From positions 12,009 through 76,008 of IMG/VR virus record IMGVR_UViG_3300035701_000015: DNA of 64,000 nt; one strand, 5' to 3'. Both the position numbers and the translations under genes were made by a program. The notes beneath the pieces are model-generated. The model saw nothing but the letters and a program-made list of their open reading frames with translations, ran no database searches and was not told the DNA's origin. The DNA is from a virus. Taxonomy: Duplodnaviria > Heunggongvirae > Uroviricota > Caudoviricetes. Below are positions 16,491 to 25,821 of this stretch, one piece after another. Numbering within the stretch: position 1 is the first letter of the stretch; every line of letters starts with the position of its first letter.

Positions 16491-17582
16491 ATGAAGAAGA
16501 TACTTGGATTGATTTCTGTGGTGATTCTTTTGTTTGGATTGGTTGGATGTGGGGGCATCAGCATCGATTTTCTGAAAAACACTGGTGGAGATGAAACGTT
16601 AGTGACCGTTCCGATTTTCAGCCTCAACGATTTTTCTTCAGTAAAATCTTTTGCAACAAAGTCTATCGATGTAAGCGGCACATCGAGCGAAATCGATAGA
16701 AAAGCTTTCGCTTTTTACACAACGATGTTCCAAGGGTTCATAGAAGTTCCTAAATCAAACATCGTTGACGATAAGTATAAAGCTGATGTAGTCAATATGC
16801 CGCAGATTCAAGTGAATGTCTCCGGGTCGAAATTTACTATCGATTCACCCGAAAACAAGATCTACCTGGAAGTCAACATAGATGGAGACACCTTCACGGT
16901 ATTTGAAAAATCGGCTTTCGCCTATAATATACCCGCAGGTTGCGGTATAATTTATCGCGAAGCCCATATAAATGGTACTTTCACCAACAGGATGAAAACG
17001 AACTTCACAGCGACGGGTAATTTAAAATATTATTGTTATAGCCCGTCTGGGGCAGAAGACGGCCATCTCTACTGGAGTGGAAATCTTCATGCTTCGTGGT
17101 TCGAGATTTTCAAGAACAGTCAGATTATAGGGTTATTCGTAACTAAGGGTTATGTAGACGAATATGAAACTTATCGGTTAGATTTCCCTATGCTTTTCTA
17201 TGACGACACGACAGCAGTGGCTGCATCTTGGCAAGAGGCTGAAGATTACTTCTATTTGAACTTAGAGACTTCTCAAATACCAACAGAGTCTCTGAGCATT
17301 GTAGGTCTGGTCAATCGTTTCGATCACATATCTCTGGACCCGATTGATAAAGGAACGGTCGTTTATGGTTCTAGGATCACCAGAAGTTATACCCTGTTTG
17401 CTTTCGAACTCTGGAAAGATTTTCTTTTCAATATGAGCGGAGTTCCAGCAGAAAAGAACGGGTACTTCAGCGAGGTTCTTGAGGGCCAAGGAACCGGTTC
17501 TTACCAAAACTTGTTTGGTTTAAATTTATCGGAAGCTGTTAACAGTCTCTCCGATAAGGGTTGGGTCATCGATCTTTATTAA
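16491..17582 (+). CDS. lipoprotein, hypothetical
   Basis: Signal peptide plus lipobox LVGCGG. Confidence 0.55.
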   Translation: MKKILGLISVVILLFGLVGCGGISIDFLKNTGGDETLVTVPIFSLNDFSSVKSFATKSIDVSGTSSEIDRKAFAFYTTMFQGFIEVPKSNIVDDKYKADVVNMPQIQVNVSGSKFTIDSPENKIYLEVNIDGDTFTVFEKSAFAYNIPAGCGIIYREAHINGTFTNRMKTNFTATGNLKYYCYSPSGAEDGHLYWSGNLHASWFEIFKNSQIIGLFVTKGYVDEYETYRLDFPMLFYDDTTAVAASWQEAEDYFYLNLETSQIPTESLSIVGLVNRFDHISLDPIDKGTVVYGSRITRSYTLFAFELWKDFLFNMSGVPAEKNGYFSEVLEGQGTGSYQNLFGLNLSEAVNSLSDKGWVIDLY

Positions 17583-17588
17583 GTAAGT

Positions 17589-17671
17589 GCGGTCGTGGTG
17601 GAATTGGTATACACGTAAGGTCGAGGGCCTTATGGACTTAGTCCTTGGGGGTTCGAGTCCCCCCGACCGCA
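17589..17671 (+). tRNA. tRNA-Leu (anticodon GAG), type II
   Basis: Acceptor gcggtcg/cgaccgc, D-arm tggtggaattggtatac, anticodon loop tcGAGgg, variable hairpin ggact-tagtcc. Confidence 0.5.
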
Positions 17672-17683
17672 AATGGAGTAAAT

Positions 17684-17941
17684 ATGAAACAGAAAAGAAA
17701 ATTAAATTTTTTGAAAGTCACAACCACTTCTATTTACGCTTTTGAAGAGGGCGAAATAAATGGTCAACCGACTGAAGAAGTAATTCAGGATTGGTTCGAA
17801 GAATTTCCGATGGACCAATTTCACGCAACTCGTGATACTAGCAAACTGGGAGGCTCAACGCTTGTTCAAAAAGTCGAAGTGATTAGCGAGAAAGAATTCG
17901 ACAAATATGTCGAAGAGTTTCAAAAGAAAAAGGAGCGGTAA
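17684..17941 (+). CDS. hypothetical protein
   Basis: Start trimmed to the ATG after tRNA-Leu. Confidence 0.45.
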   Translation: MKQKRKLNFLKVTTTSIYAFEEGEINGQPTEEVIQDWFEEFPMDQFHATRDTSKLGGSTLVQKVEVISEKEFDKYVEEFQKKKER

Positions 17942-17942
17942 C

Positions 17943-18122
17943 ATGAAAAGCACAGTCGTTGTATATACTGGTAACGGAGTAGAAGTTGCTAAATTCAATG
18001 ACGTCCAAAGGATAACTCTGTTCGACAAGAACTACGTAAAAATCTACTACAACGAGAATGGCAAGACTCACATAGTTGAAACTAATATGAGTTATATCTT
18101 TTATGATGGGGTGAAAGAATAA
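17943..18122 (+). CDS. hypothetical protein
   Basis: AAGGAG RBS then ATG. Confidence 0.4.
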   Translation: MKSTVVVYTGNGVEVAKFNDVQRITLFDKNYVKIYYNENGKTHIVETNMSYIFYDGVKE

Positions 18123-18240
18123 GAATTGGGTATTCAATATATTTGTGAATGTGGCTTAAAGTTAACTAAAGAAGAAGCTGAAAATAAACGCTGCACTTTG
18201 TTTCGTTGCACAGTAAAACGAGCTAGGAAACGTTTGAAAA

Positions 18241-18324
18241 GCGAGAGTGGTGGAACTGGCATACACCATGGTCTTAGAAACCATGGCTCGAAAGAGCTTG
18301 AGGGTTCAAGTCCCTCCTCTCGCA
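18241..18324 (+). tRNA. tRNA-Leu (anticodon TAG), type II
   Basis: Acceptor gcgagag/ctctcgc, anticodon arm atggt-ctTAGaa-accat, variable ctc-gaaa-gag, T-arm gaggg-ttcaagt-ccctc. Confidence 0.55.
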
Positions 18325-18332
18325 CAAGATAA

Positions 18333-18596
18333 ATGGATATAGAAAAATTAGCTAAGATACAACATGAGATATGGTCTCACTGGATGAGATTTCTTTTCAA
18401 ATGCTGCAAAGAAATACCTGGTGGGAATATGATCATATCAGCAGAAAAGGTCCAACGTTGGATACGACTATTAAATACACCCTACGACAAACTCACAGAA
18501 GAAGAAAAAGAAAGCGATCGAGAAATAGTTAGAGAGTTCATGCTCAGCAATGAATGCCCGACTACGAAAGATAAACAAAACGGAGAAACTGAATGA
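18333..18596 (+). CDS. hypothetical protein
   Basis: ORF. Confidence 0.5.
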   Translation: MDIEKLAKIQHEIWSHWMRFLFKCCKEIPGGNMIISAEKVQRWIRLLNTPYDKLTEEEKESDREIVREFMLSNECPTTKDKQNGETE

Positions 18597-19408
18597 GCGA
18601 TTTGCAATACATTACGGGCATTATTAGGTCTGCTGAACAAATCACTGGAATTTCTGGAACTCAAACTTTTGGCGGACATGACTCACAGGGTTATTTCACT
18701 TATGATGGAAGGCTTAATCCCTTAGCCGGCCAAAGAGTGAGATTGTTTCCTGCTGAACAGCTAGCTTATGATTATATAGTTGATACTACTGGCGGAATCA
18801 ATATAAGAGACGATTGGGCTACTAGTATTCAAACTGAAGTCTTTTGGGACGAAGTTCCGGTTGATACTCCGATTGAAGTTAGCAATGATAATTCAACTTG
18901 GAAAAAGATGTATTTTGCAGAATATATTCCAGCTAGCCCAGACTTAAAACTGTATTACGTTTTTGTAGCAGGAAGAACCTCTTACTCTACAATAGGTGGT
19001 ACAGAAGTATTTGAAGTGACTATGGCTGTTGCCTCTGGTTTAAATAGTAAGTACTTTCTTATGTACAGCTCTACTAAAACATATTATGTTTGGTTCAGCG
19101 TAGACGGTGCTGGAATAAATCCAGCAGGTCCAGGTGGTCCCTTAGCTGGTCTTGGTTATTACAGTGTACCGATAACTTTAGTTTCTACTGATACTGCAGA
19201 AATGGTCGCAACAAAGACCAAAGTTGTTATAGACGGTCTCGCAGAGTTTTTGGCTATTATCAGCCCAATAAATAGTAAAATAGTAGCAGTTGCTTCTTCA
19301 ACTTCTGGCAGCATATTTGATCCACAATCAGGGAATTCTGGACTTACAATAGTTATAAAAGTTCAGGGTGGTGACAAAGAAAGTTATAGATACGCAAGAA
19401 TTCCTTAA
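18593..19408 (+). CDS. hypothetical protein (possible structural)
   Basis: ATGA overlap with the upstream gene. Confidence 0.5.
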   Translation: MSDLQYITGIIRSAEQITGISGTQTFGGHDSQGYFTYDGRLNPLAGQRVRLFPAEQLAYDYIVDTTGGINIRDDWATSIQTEVFWDEVPVDTPIEVSNDNSTWKKMYFAEYIPASPDLKLYYVFVAGRTSYSTIGGTEVFEVTMAVASGLNSKYFLMYSSTKTYYVWFSVDGAGINPAGPGGPLAGLGYYSVPITLVSTDTAEMVATKTKVVIDGLAEFLAIISPINSKIVAVASSTSGSIFDPQSGNSGLTIVIKVQGGDKESYRYARIP

Positions 19409-19435
19409 GAGCTAATATAGCAGGAGGGTGATAAT

Positions 19436-19680
19436 ATCGCACAGATTATAGTTGGTCAGAATGAATCTATTGATTCTGCTCTGAAGAGATTCAAGAAAAA
19501 GATCGAGAATGAGGGCACCACAAAAGAATACAAAGATAAACAGTTCTTTGTAAAACCTTCACAGATTCGACACGATCACGACAGAAGCATTCAGCACAGA
19601 CAAAAAAGGAAAAAACTTTTATCTCAAAAGCGTGGATTGCGAAAAGGTAAAAGAAACGAAAGAAGAGATGCTCAAGAATA
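19436..19680 (+). CDS. rpsU: ribosomal protein bS21-like, non-canonical start
   Basis: IIVGQNESIDSALKRFKKKIENEGTTKEYKDKQFFVKPSQIRHDHDRS...QKRKK matches the S21 pattern (V..NE..D.ALRRFKR...G...E.RRR.FYEKPS..RKR). No ATG/GTG/TTG in frame; AGGAGGG sits 7 nt before ATC at 19436. Confidence 0.45.
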
Positions 19681-19686
19681 AAATAA

Positions 19687-19769
19687 GACTCGGTGGCGGA
19701 ACTGGTATACGCGCTAGGCTTAAACCCTAGTTCCTTTGAGGAGTGAGGGTTCGAGTCCCTCTCGGGTCA
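19687..19769 (+). tRNA. tRNA-Leu (anticodon TAA), type II
   Basis: Acceptor gactcgg/tcgggtc, anticodon arm ctagg-ctTAAac-cctag, T-arm gaggg-ttcgagt-ccctc. Confidence 0.55.
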
Positions 19770-19772
19770 AAA

Positions 19773-20237
19773 ATGGAAATCAAAATTCGTGGGCAGTCGA
19801 AAAAACGCTGCAATTATTACTATAAAGTAATTCGAAATTTGATAAAATTATTGAGAATGAAGAGGTGTCTCGCTGATAAAGTATTAAAAATACATTTTAA
19901 ATACAGTGGCTTTCAAGAAGGCGACCATGCTAATTTTTGGATGCCAATTCACTCTAAAGCAAATACTAAACCAAAAAATGATATAGTTATAGAAGTCAAT
20001 AAAGGTAATAAGGGCTTTAGCTATATCAAAGATATTATTCACGAACTCATCCATGCAAAACAGTATTTAACTGGTAGAATTCTATATGTTCGTGCTCCAC
20101 AAAAAAGAGGTCAATACGTTTATTGGAAATTTAATAAATTGAGCAAAAAGCTCGACAAGATTTCTTATCTTGCTCGACCCTGGGAAAGAGAAGCTAGAAG
20201 GCTAGAAGAATACTATTGGAAGAAATACCGAGGATAA
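19773..20237 (+). CDS. hypothetical protein with HExxH motif
   Basis: IHELIHAKQY; possible zinc peptidase. Confidence 0.45.
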   Translation: MEIKIRGQSKKRCNYYYKVIRNLIKLLRMKRCLADKVLKIHFKYSGFQEGDHANFWMPIHSKANTKPKNDIVIEVNKGNKGFSYIKDIIHELIHAKQYLTGRILYVRAPQKRGQYVYWKFNKLSKKLDKISYLARPWEREARRLEEYYWKKYRG

Positions 20238-20241
20238 AAAA

Positions 20242-20400
20242 ATGGAAGGATTAGATGCCATCGAAGAAATAGTGAACCGAATTAATACGTTATTGGAAGA
20301 TAAACAGCCAGGTTTGATTACTTGGAATATTTCACTTGCAAAGAAGTTAGACGAACTAGCTGAATATGCGCCTAGTTTTGAAAAAAGAAATTCAAAATAG
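20242..20400 (+). CDS. small hypothetical protein (52 aa)
   Basis: ORF ending at the first nucleotide of tRNA-Leu(CAA). Confidence 0.25.
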   Translation: MEGLDAIEEIVNRINTLLEDKQPGLITWNISLAKKLDELAEYAPSFEKRNSK

Positions 20401-20481
20401 CCCAGATGGTGGAACTGGTATACGCGTTAGTCTCAAACACTAATGGCCTTGGCCTTGAGGGTTCGAGTCCCTCTCTGGGCA
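20400..20481 (+). tRNA. tRNA-Leu (anticodon CAA), type II
   Basis: Acceptor gcccaga/tctgggc, anticodon arm ttagt-ctCAAac-actaa, T-arm gaggg-ttcgagt-ccctc. Confidence 0.55.
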
Positions 20482-20503
20482 TATTTTACTTAAAGGAGAT
20501 TAT

Positions 20504-21259
20504 ATGAAAATAAAAACATATGTCGGTTTAATTCTGGATAAAAGTGGTTCAATGAATAGTCTAAAAGAATTTGCGATCAACACGTTCAACGAACAAATTC
20601 AAACTCTAAAGGCTGAATCTAACTCGCCAAAGGAATCAACACTTCGATTGCTAAAAGGAAAAGGGGACGTCGAAGGAGTCGAGACCAAACTTACTTTGGT
20701 ATCTTTCAACGACAATGTCCAGTTTCACAAATTCAACGAAGATGTGAATGCAATCCAAGAGTTTCCCGCTGATGAATACAAGCCCGATGGCTCTACAGCT
20801 TTGTTCGATGCAATCGGTGAAACTATTGATAGATTCACAACAGAAATTCCCGATCTCGTTGAAGAGAATTCTGGCGCACTTATTATCGTTATAACCGATG
20901 GCCAGGAAAATGCTTCTAAGACCTATGGCGGGGAGAATGGACGAAAGAGGTTGAGATCAAGAATCGAAGAACTTGAGAAGACAGATAAGTGGACTATCAC
21001 GTTCATGGGTTGTGAAAAGGTTATGGAAACTGCTGTTGATCATCTTGGATTGAACGTAGGGAACACTCGAAGTTGGGATCCGACACAACAAGGCTTAGCT
21101 TATGCTTCAGCGGTTAATACAATCAGCACCCAAAATTACATGACAGCTAGAGCTGAAGGAACGACTTCTGTCAAAGACTTCTATAAAGTCACTGACGAAA
21201 AAGAAATCGAAGAAGCGTTTAAGAAGATGATGATGAAGAAAGAATGGACACAGAAGTGA
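20504..21259 (+). CDS. vWA (von Willebrand factor A) domain protein
   Basis: MIDAS motif LILDKSGSM, with later TDGQEN. Confidence 0.55.
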   Translation: MKIKTYVGLILDKSGSMNSLKEFAINTFNEQIQTLKAESNSPKESTLRLLKGKGDVEGVETKLTLVSFNDNVQFHKFNEDVNAIQEFPADEYKPDGSTALFDAIGETIDRFTTEIPDLVEENSGALIIVITDGQENASKTYGGENGRKRLRSRIEELEKTDKWTITFMGCEKVMETAVDHLGLNVGNTRSWDPTQQGLAYASAVNTISTQNYMTARAEGTTSVKDFYKVTDEKEIEEAFKKMMMKKEWTQK

Positions 21260-21477
21260 AGACGGCTACTTATACTTTATTAGATGGTCAAAAAGTAGAA
21301 GTCTCTTACGACGAGAATGCACCTTGCCGAATTTGTGGTTTACCCGTTGTAGAAGCGAGCGTAGGCGGTACAGACGTCTGTCCCTGGTGTGATCGCGGAG
21401 TTCATAGAGACGGGAGAAAATGGACTTATAAAGAATCGATAAGTTTTCTTAAAAACAACAATGAAGCAACAACATAA
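21244..21477 (+). CDS. zinc-ribbon small protein
   Basis: CRICG...CPWCD. Confidence 0.4.
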   Translation: MDTEVKTATYTLLDGQKVEVSYDENAPCRICGLPVVEASVGGTDVCPWCDRGVHRDGRKWTYKESISFLKNNNEATT

Positions 21478-21736
21478 ATGTATAAGATGCGGCAAATGCT
21501 GCCACGACTTATCACTCTGTCCCAATGAGTTTGATATGTTCAAGCATATTTTGAAATTAGAAAATAAATATGACTTAAGTAATATAACTGATTATATGCT
21601 TAACGGAATATGTCCATTCTTAGAAGACGCTGGAAACATAAAGAAGTGCAGAATTTATTCTTTTAGGCCTTTAGCTTGTCAGCTCTTCCCTCTTAGTGGC
21701 CGATGCACGATGCCCGTCTTCGGACAAACAAAATAG
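21461..21736 (+). CDS. YkgJ-like CxxCxxCC domain protein
   Basis: CIRCGKCC. Confidence 0.45.
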   Translation: MKQQHKCIRCGKCCHDLSLCPNEFDMFKHILKLENKYDLSNITDYMLNGICPFLEDAGNIKKCRIYSFRPLACQLFPLSGRCTMPVFGQTK

Positions 21737-21798
21737 ATTCGATGATAGCTTAATATAAATTTTTACTTGAACTTGAAAAGTTAATTAATGTTCGTTGA

Positions 21799-22071
21799 GT
21801 GGATGAAGGAGGTAAAGTGAAAAAGCTCTTCGAAAGAAACGACCTCAAGAAGAATACTGGAACTGGAGACGTTGCCGCTAAGCAAAGAGATGCTTACATT
21901 TTACTGAATGCTCATCGTCATAACAAAACTGCTTCTTTTAGATTTTTTTTAAATTGGATTATTGAAAGCAAGCCGTCCGTCTCTGAAATCCAGCGACATG
22001 CCGAACGGATATTAAAAGAACTTAATTGTGAAGCCGTTTCAGGATATGAAAAAGCTAGCAAAGAAATTTAA
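21799..22071 (+). CDS. hypothetical protein
   Basis: GTG start. Confidence 0.4.
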   Translation: MDEGGKVKKLFERNDLKKNTGTGDVAAKQRDAYILLNAHRHNKTASFRFFLNWIIESKPSVSEIQRHAERILKELNCEAVSGYEKASKEI

Positions 22072-22073
22072 TT

Positions 22074-22162
22074 GGAGGAGTCACCCGAAACTGGTATCGG
22101 TCCCGGCTTGAACCCGGGTCAGCGTCAATGGCGCTGTGCAGGTTCGAACCCTGTCTCCTCCG
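22074..22162 (+). tRNA. tRNA-Ser (anticodon TGA), type II
   Basis: Acceptor ggaggag/ctcctcc, anticodon arm cccgg-ctTGAac-ccggg, long variable arm. Confidence 0.55.
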
Positions 22163-22176
22163 AATAGGTAAGCAAT

Positions 22177-22410
22177 ATGACAGCATCTGAATATGTCTCA
22201 GAATTATTAGGCCGTTCTATTTCAGAAAGCGAAGCACTTGAAATGCTTATTGAATCTCATCGTCATCTTCGCTCAGAACAACAAGAATTTAGAAAGATAA
22301 TTAACATGTTGAGAGATAAGCGAAAATTCTTGTATAGAAGATTATATAAAAAATTGGAGGGTGGGCAAGTAGCAGGCTTTGAAAGTCTACGGCCCGTTCC
22401 GTGGTCTTAA
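22177..22410 (+). CDS. hypothetical protein
   Basis: ORF. Confidence 0.4.
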   Translation: MTASEYVSELLGRSISESEALEMLIESHRHLRSEQQEFRKIINMLRDKRKFLYRRLYKKLEGGQVAGFESLRPVPWS

Positions 22411-22613
22411 CTGGAGATAACATGAAACAAAGTCAAAAAGAACAAAAAATACTAAAAGCTAATAAAAAATATTATAATGATTCATACATAAAAGTATTAG
22501 AAAAACAACTTCAAGAAGCTAAAGAAAGAAAAGACGACGAAGCGGTCAAAACTATTTTGAAGGAAAAGGTAGCTTATACGAAACAGTATCATCGCGATGC
22601 TTTCGGAGGATAA
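22401..22613 (+). CDS. hypothetical protein (Lys/Glu-rich)
   Basis: ORF. Confidence 0.4.
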   Translation: MVLTGDNMKQSQKEQKILKANKKYYNDSYIKVLEKQLQEAKERKDDEAVKTILKEKVAYTKQYHRDAFGG

Positions 22614-22619
22614 TTTACT

Positions 22620-22712
22620 GGAGAAGTGGCCGAGCCTGGTCTAAGGCGGCGTCCTGCTAAGACGTTGCGCTCTCAAAAAGGGGTGCCGTGGGTTCAAATC
22701 CCACCTTCTCCG
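22620..22712 (+). tRNA. tRNA-Ser (anticodon GCT), type II
   Basis: Acceptor ggagaag/cttctcc, anticodon arm gcgtc-ctGCTaa-gacgt, T-arm gtggg-ttcaaat-cccac. Confidence 0.55.
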
Positions 22713-22713
22713 A

Positions 22714-23103
22714 ATGAGTAAAACAAACACTAAAGGTGATATAGCTGAATCAGCTTTTATCAACGAATGCATTAAAAATAGTCTCAAAGTGTCTATACCC
22801 TATGGACATGATACTTCTTATGATTTAATAGTTGATAAAGATAATAAATTATTCAGAATTCAAGTCAAATACGCTGACAACGATGGAATAAAAATAAAGG
22901 CTAGAACTGTTTCTAATGAGAGAAAATATACCTCAGATATGATTGACTACTTAGTTGTATTCGATCCAAGAGAAAATAAATTTTACTATGTACCATCAAC
23001 AGAATTTGCTGATGGTAGAAAGAGCATAACTCTTAGTTTAAATGGGGTCAAAAATAAACACGGCATAAGTCCGATGATGGCTAAAAAATTTGAGTCATGG
23101 TAG
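22714..23103 (+). CDS. putative PD-(D/E)xK-type nuclease
   Basis: GDIAES...YDLIVDKDNKLFRIQVK pattern. Sits in the tRNA cluster. Confidence 0.35.
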   Translation: MSKTNTKGDIAESAFINECIKNSLKVSIPYGHDTSYDLIVDKDNKLFRIQVKYADNDGIKIKARTVSNERKYTSDMIDYLVVFDPRENKFYYVPSTEFADGRKSITLSLNGVKNKHGISPMMAKKFESW

Positions 23104-23123
23104 GAAAAGCATAAGTATATAAA

Positions 23124-23155
23124 GCGGTGACCGAGTTCAACTCTCGGACCCTCCG
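23124..23155 (+). other. mini tRNA-like element (T-arm hairpin with closing stem)
   Basis: gcgg-tga-ccgag-TTCAACT-ctcgg-accct-ccgc in the 5' leader of the next gene. Confidence 0.3.
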
Positions 23156-23168
23156 CATAATTATCGAT

Positions 23169-23378
23169 ATGGAAAATAGTCTAGAAAAAAATATTACTAT
23201 AGCTCTTCTAAAGGAAGAATATCTGGCTAAGGGTTGGGCTCAAAGTGTAAGTACGGAAAGTAGTCCTGGTGAACTTACGAAAATTCATTTAACTATCGTA
23301 ATGGACGAAATTAATAGCAACGGGTTATCGAAATTACTTAGCGGAAAAAACAAAATAGCTATAATCGAAATACAATGA
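23169..23378 (+). CDS. small hypothetical protein
   Basis: Start moved to an internal ATG downstream of the hairpin. Confidence 0.35.
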   Translation: MENSLEKNITIALLKEEYLAKGWAQSVSTESSPGELTKIHLTIVMDEINSNGLSKLLSGKNKIAIIEIQ

Positions 23379-23977
23379 AAAAATTACTACTCATAACAGC
23401 AGCTTTACTCTTTGGATTTGTCTGTCAGGCATTTGCAGAAAAAACTGCACCTTTAGGTAATAGCAATTATAAAATCTCTGTTCGTTCTGTTAATGTAATC
23501 GGAATTGAAGATGGGTCAAAAGTAAGCAAAGAATACTGCATTTATATTGGAAACGAAGAAACTGAAGAATACGACAACATGACAGCAGACGAAGATATAT
23601 TCGTCTGTTTCCAGTTATTACATCCAGTGGAGTTTTTAAAAGAATATAACTTCCAACCATGGAAAAGATGGTATGCTCTTTATATAGATGCCACAAAAAA
23701 CACTAAAATGATTGGCGAGATGTTGACTAAACAAGTTTGGTCTGATTTGCCAATAATTTTAAAACATGTAGTTGTTGCATTAGGCATAAACGATAATGAT
23801 CTCACGCTTATCAACTTCAATGCTATTACTGGTTCTGTTACTATTTTATATAATCCGAAATATGACAAAGATGAAAACTTCTACATTCGAAAGCTTGAGA
23901 AACTTAAAAAATATTTCAACACCCACGATATGAATCGAGATATTCCGCTATCGAGTGTAATGACTTACAGTGCTTAA
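23375..23977 (+). CDS. secreted hypothetical protein
   Basis: Signal peptide MKKLLLITAALLFGFVCQAFA. Confidence 0.5.
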   Translation: MKKLLLITAALLFGFVCQAFAEKTAPLGNSNYKISVRSVNVIGIEDGSKVSKEYCIYIGNEETEEYDNMTADEDIFVCFQLLHPVEFLKEYNFQPWKRWYALYIDATKNTKMIGEMLTKQVWSDLPIILKHVVVALGINDNDLTLINFNAITGSVTILYNPKYDKDENFYIRKLEKLKKYFNTHDMNRDIPLSSVMTYSA

Positions 23978-24060
23978 GGAGACGTTTGGTAACGGTATCC
24001 AGCCTGATTCGAACTCAGGTGCTCCGTAAGGGGCTGCAGGTTCAAGTCCTGTCGTCTCCG
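23978..24060 (+). tRNA. tRNA-Ser (anticodon CGA), type II
   Basis: Acceptor ggagacg/cgtctcc, anticodon arm cctga-ttCGAac-tcagg, T-arm gcagg-ttcaagt-cctgt. Confidence 0.5.
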
Positions 24061-24091
24061 AAAAAATACTCTTCTCACAAGATAATTCTAA

Positions 24092-24364
24092 ATGATAAAA
24101 ACAATTTATTGGAAAGCTGAAGATGTCTTCGGCGACTCTTTTAGTGGTAAGCCACAACTTGAAGCCGTCTATACTCACTATCTCATTGGAGATTTAGTTT
24201 TTACTTGGTCAGAGGTTTGGGCGGGCTTTAGCAAAGTAACTAAGATAGACAAAAGTCATCTTCAGAGAAGTGAAATGGAGGAGATGTCAGTAAAAGAGTT
24301 CCCACGTAAAAGAGAATTAGTAGAGTTTGTATTTGAAAAGCATTTTAAATTTGGAGACGTGTGA
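24092..24364 (+). CDS. hypothetical protein
   Basis: The 3' end overlaps the tRNA-Ser(GGA) acceptor. Confidence 0.45.
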   Translation: MIKTIYWKAEDVFGDSFSGKPQLEAVYTHYLIGDLVFTWSEVWAGFSKVTKIDKSHLQRSEMEEMSVKEFPRKRELVEFVFEKHFKFGDV

Positions 24365-24441
24365 TAATGGTAGTCGGCCTGATTGGAGATCAGGTGCTCG
24401 GCTTAAAAACCGGGCTGCAGGTTCAAGTCCTGTCGTCTCCG
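24353..24441 (+). tRNA. tRNA-Ser (anticodon GGA), type II
   Basis: Same acceptor and 3' half as tRNA-Ser(CGA); anticodon arm cctga-ttGGAga-tcagg. Confidence 0.5.
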
Positions 24442-24454
24442 AAAGAGAAATCAA

Positions 24455-24898
24455 ATGAGTATAGATACTAGAGCATATTACAAAGACGTTACTTCTAAAG
24501 AAATCTTTCACTTTATTAGATTGTTCTTCGATCCTGACGCTAAACATCGCGGAATGAAAGAGATCAGCGAAGACTATTCACAAATTATTTTTACGTACAA
24601 CAAGAAAGAAAATCGTCAAATGCACGTGCATAAAAAAGTCATAGACGTTAAAGCGGATATGAAAAAATGGAATACAAATAACCCAACAGATATTGATAGC
24701 GGAATTTATGTTCAGCAGGGTTTACCTGATAAAACTAAAGGTACATCTCTTAGTTTAGGAATGTGGGGTGCTTCTGTAGAGATCTTCAAAGTGATAGCTT
24801 TACTTTTTGGCGGCTATATAGACGATAATGATTCTGACGCAAAAGGTTATTATTACGTAGAAAAAGATCATCGCAAACTAATTAAAAAGGCTTTTTAA
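24455..24898 (+). CDS. hypothetical protein
   Basis: ORF. Confidence 0.5.
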   Translation: MSIDTRAYYKDVTSKEIFHFIRLFFDPDAKHRGMKEISEDYSQIIFTYNKKENRQMHVHKKVIDVKADMKKWNTNNPTDIDSGIYVQQGLPDKTKGTSLSLGMWGASVEIFKVIALLFGGYIDDNDSDAKGYYYVEKDHRKLIKKAF

Positions 24899-24901
24899 GA
24901 A

Positions 24902-25210
24902 ATGACTATACAAAAAATTAATGAAAGAGTTCCCGGCTGGTTTTCGATGGACGTCACACGCTCTTCGATACGTATCTTCTATATGTTTGATAAAGTTAAA
25001 GCTAAAAGAAAAACTATTAACTCTAACAAGTTTTTTATGTTCGATCGGATCGTGGTAGCTAAATTATACAACCGTTTACATCTTACATTAATGAGTGGTC
25101 CTTTTGCATGGGTCGGTGATTCTACTTTAAAACCATATAAAATAACAGAAGAAGAATGCCGTGCAATAATTAGAGGTAGCTTTGTTCGAAGCAGTGACTT
25201 TCAGAGTTGA
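24902..25210 (+). CDS. hypothetical protein
   Basis: ORF. Confidence 0.45.
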   Translation: MTIQKINERVPGWFSMDVTRSSIRIFYMFDKVKAKRKTINSNKFFMFDRIVVAKLYNRLHLTLMSGPFAWVGDSTLKPYKITEEECRAIIRGSFVRSSDFQS

Positions 25211-25240
25211 AGCGTGATGACTATTCACTTTGTTAAATAA

Positions 25241-25492
25241 ATGATTTATTATATAAACAAGTTCAACGTCCCAAACACTGACGATTGGCGTTTTGCAGTA
25301 TGGCAAGTAGAGCGCAATAGAAAAAATACTCGTTGGTATACTTGGATCAAAAAAATTTATGACCCTGAAAACCGTTTTGATAAGTGGTATGTGCTCGATC
25401 CTACAGCAGCTACTATAGCTGAAAGCGAGCACAAGCTTATAGAAATGATTTTCTTGATTGCAAATTGGAGAGGCATCAAAGCTAAGAGGTAG
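25241..25492 (+). CDS. hypothetical protein
   Basis: ORF. Confidence 0.45.
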   Translation: MIYYINKFNVPNTDDWRFAVWQVERNRKNTRWYTWIKKIYDPENRFDKWYVLDPTAATIAESEHKLIEMIFLIANWRGIKAKR

Positions 25493-25497
25493 AACTT

Positions 25498-25821
25498 ATG
25501 AAGTTTAGAAAAGCCACTAACGACGAAGCAACAGGCACTCACCAAACGGGTATATTGCACACAGACTATCATAAAATAGTTAGTGTATTTGGTGAGCCCG
25601 AAGAAAGTAATTCAGATAAAATTCAAGTGGAATGGATTTTAAAATTTGAAGATAGAACTATAGCTACTGTATATGATTATAGAGCAATAAGAATTCCTGA
25701 AAAAAATAAAGATTGGTACATCGGCGGAAAAAACAAAAAATCTGTATATTATGTACTTGCTCTTGTTTTAAAACATTATAGAGCTTTAATAAAAGATGTA
25801 TTTGAGGCTAATTTAAAGTAA
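25498..25821 (+). CDS. hypothetical protein
   Basis: ORF. Confidence 0.45.
   Translation: MKFRKATNDEATGTHQTGILHTDYHKIVSVFGEPEESNSDKIQVEWILKFEDRTIATVYDYRAIRIPEKNKDWYIGGKNKKSVYYVLALVLKHYRALIKDVFEANLK

Noticed and set aside
18126-18332. ORF 18126..18332 (TTG start)
   Set aside because: Its 3' third is the translation of tRNA-Leu(TAG). The region contains the GAAGCTGAA motif and hairpins, so it is more likely noncoding.
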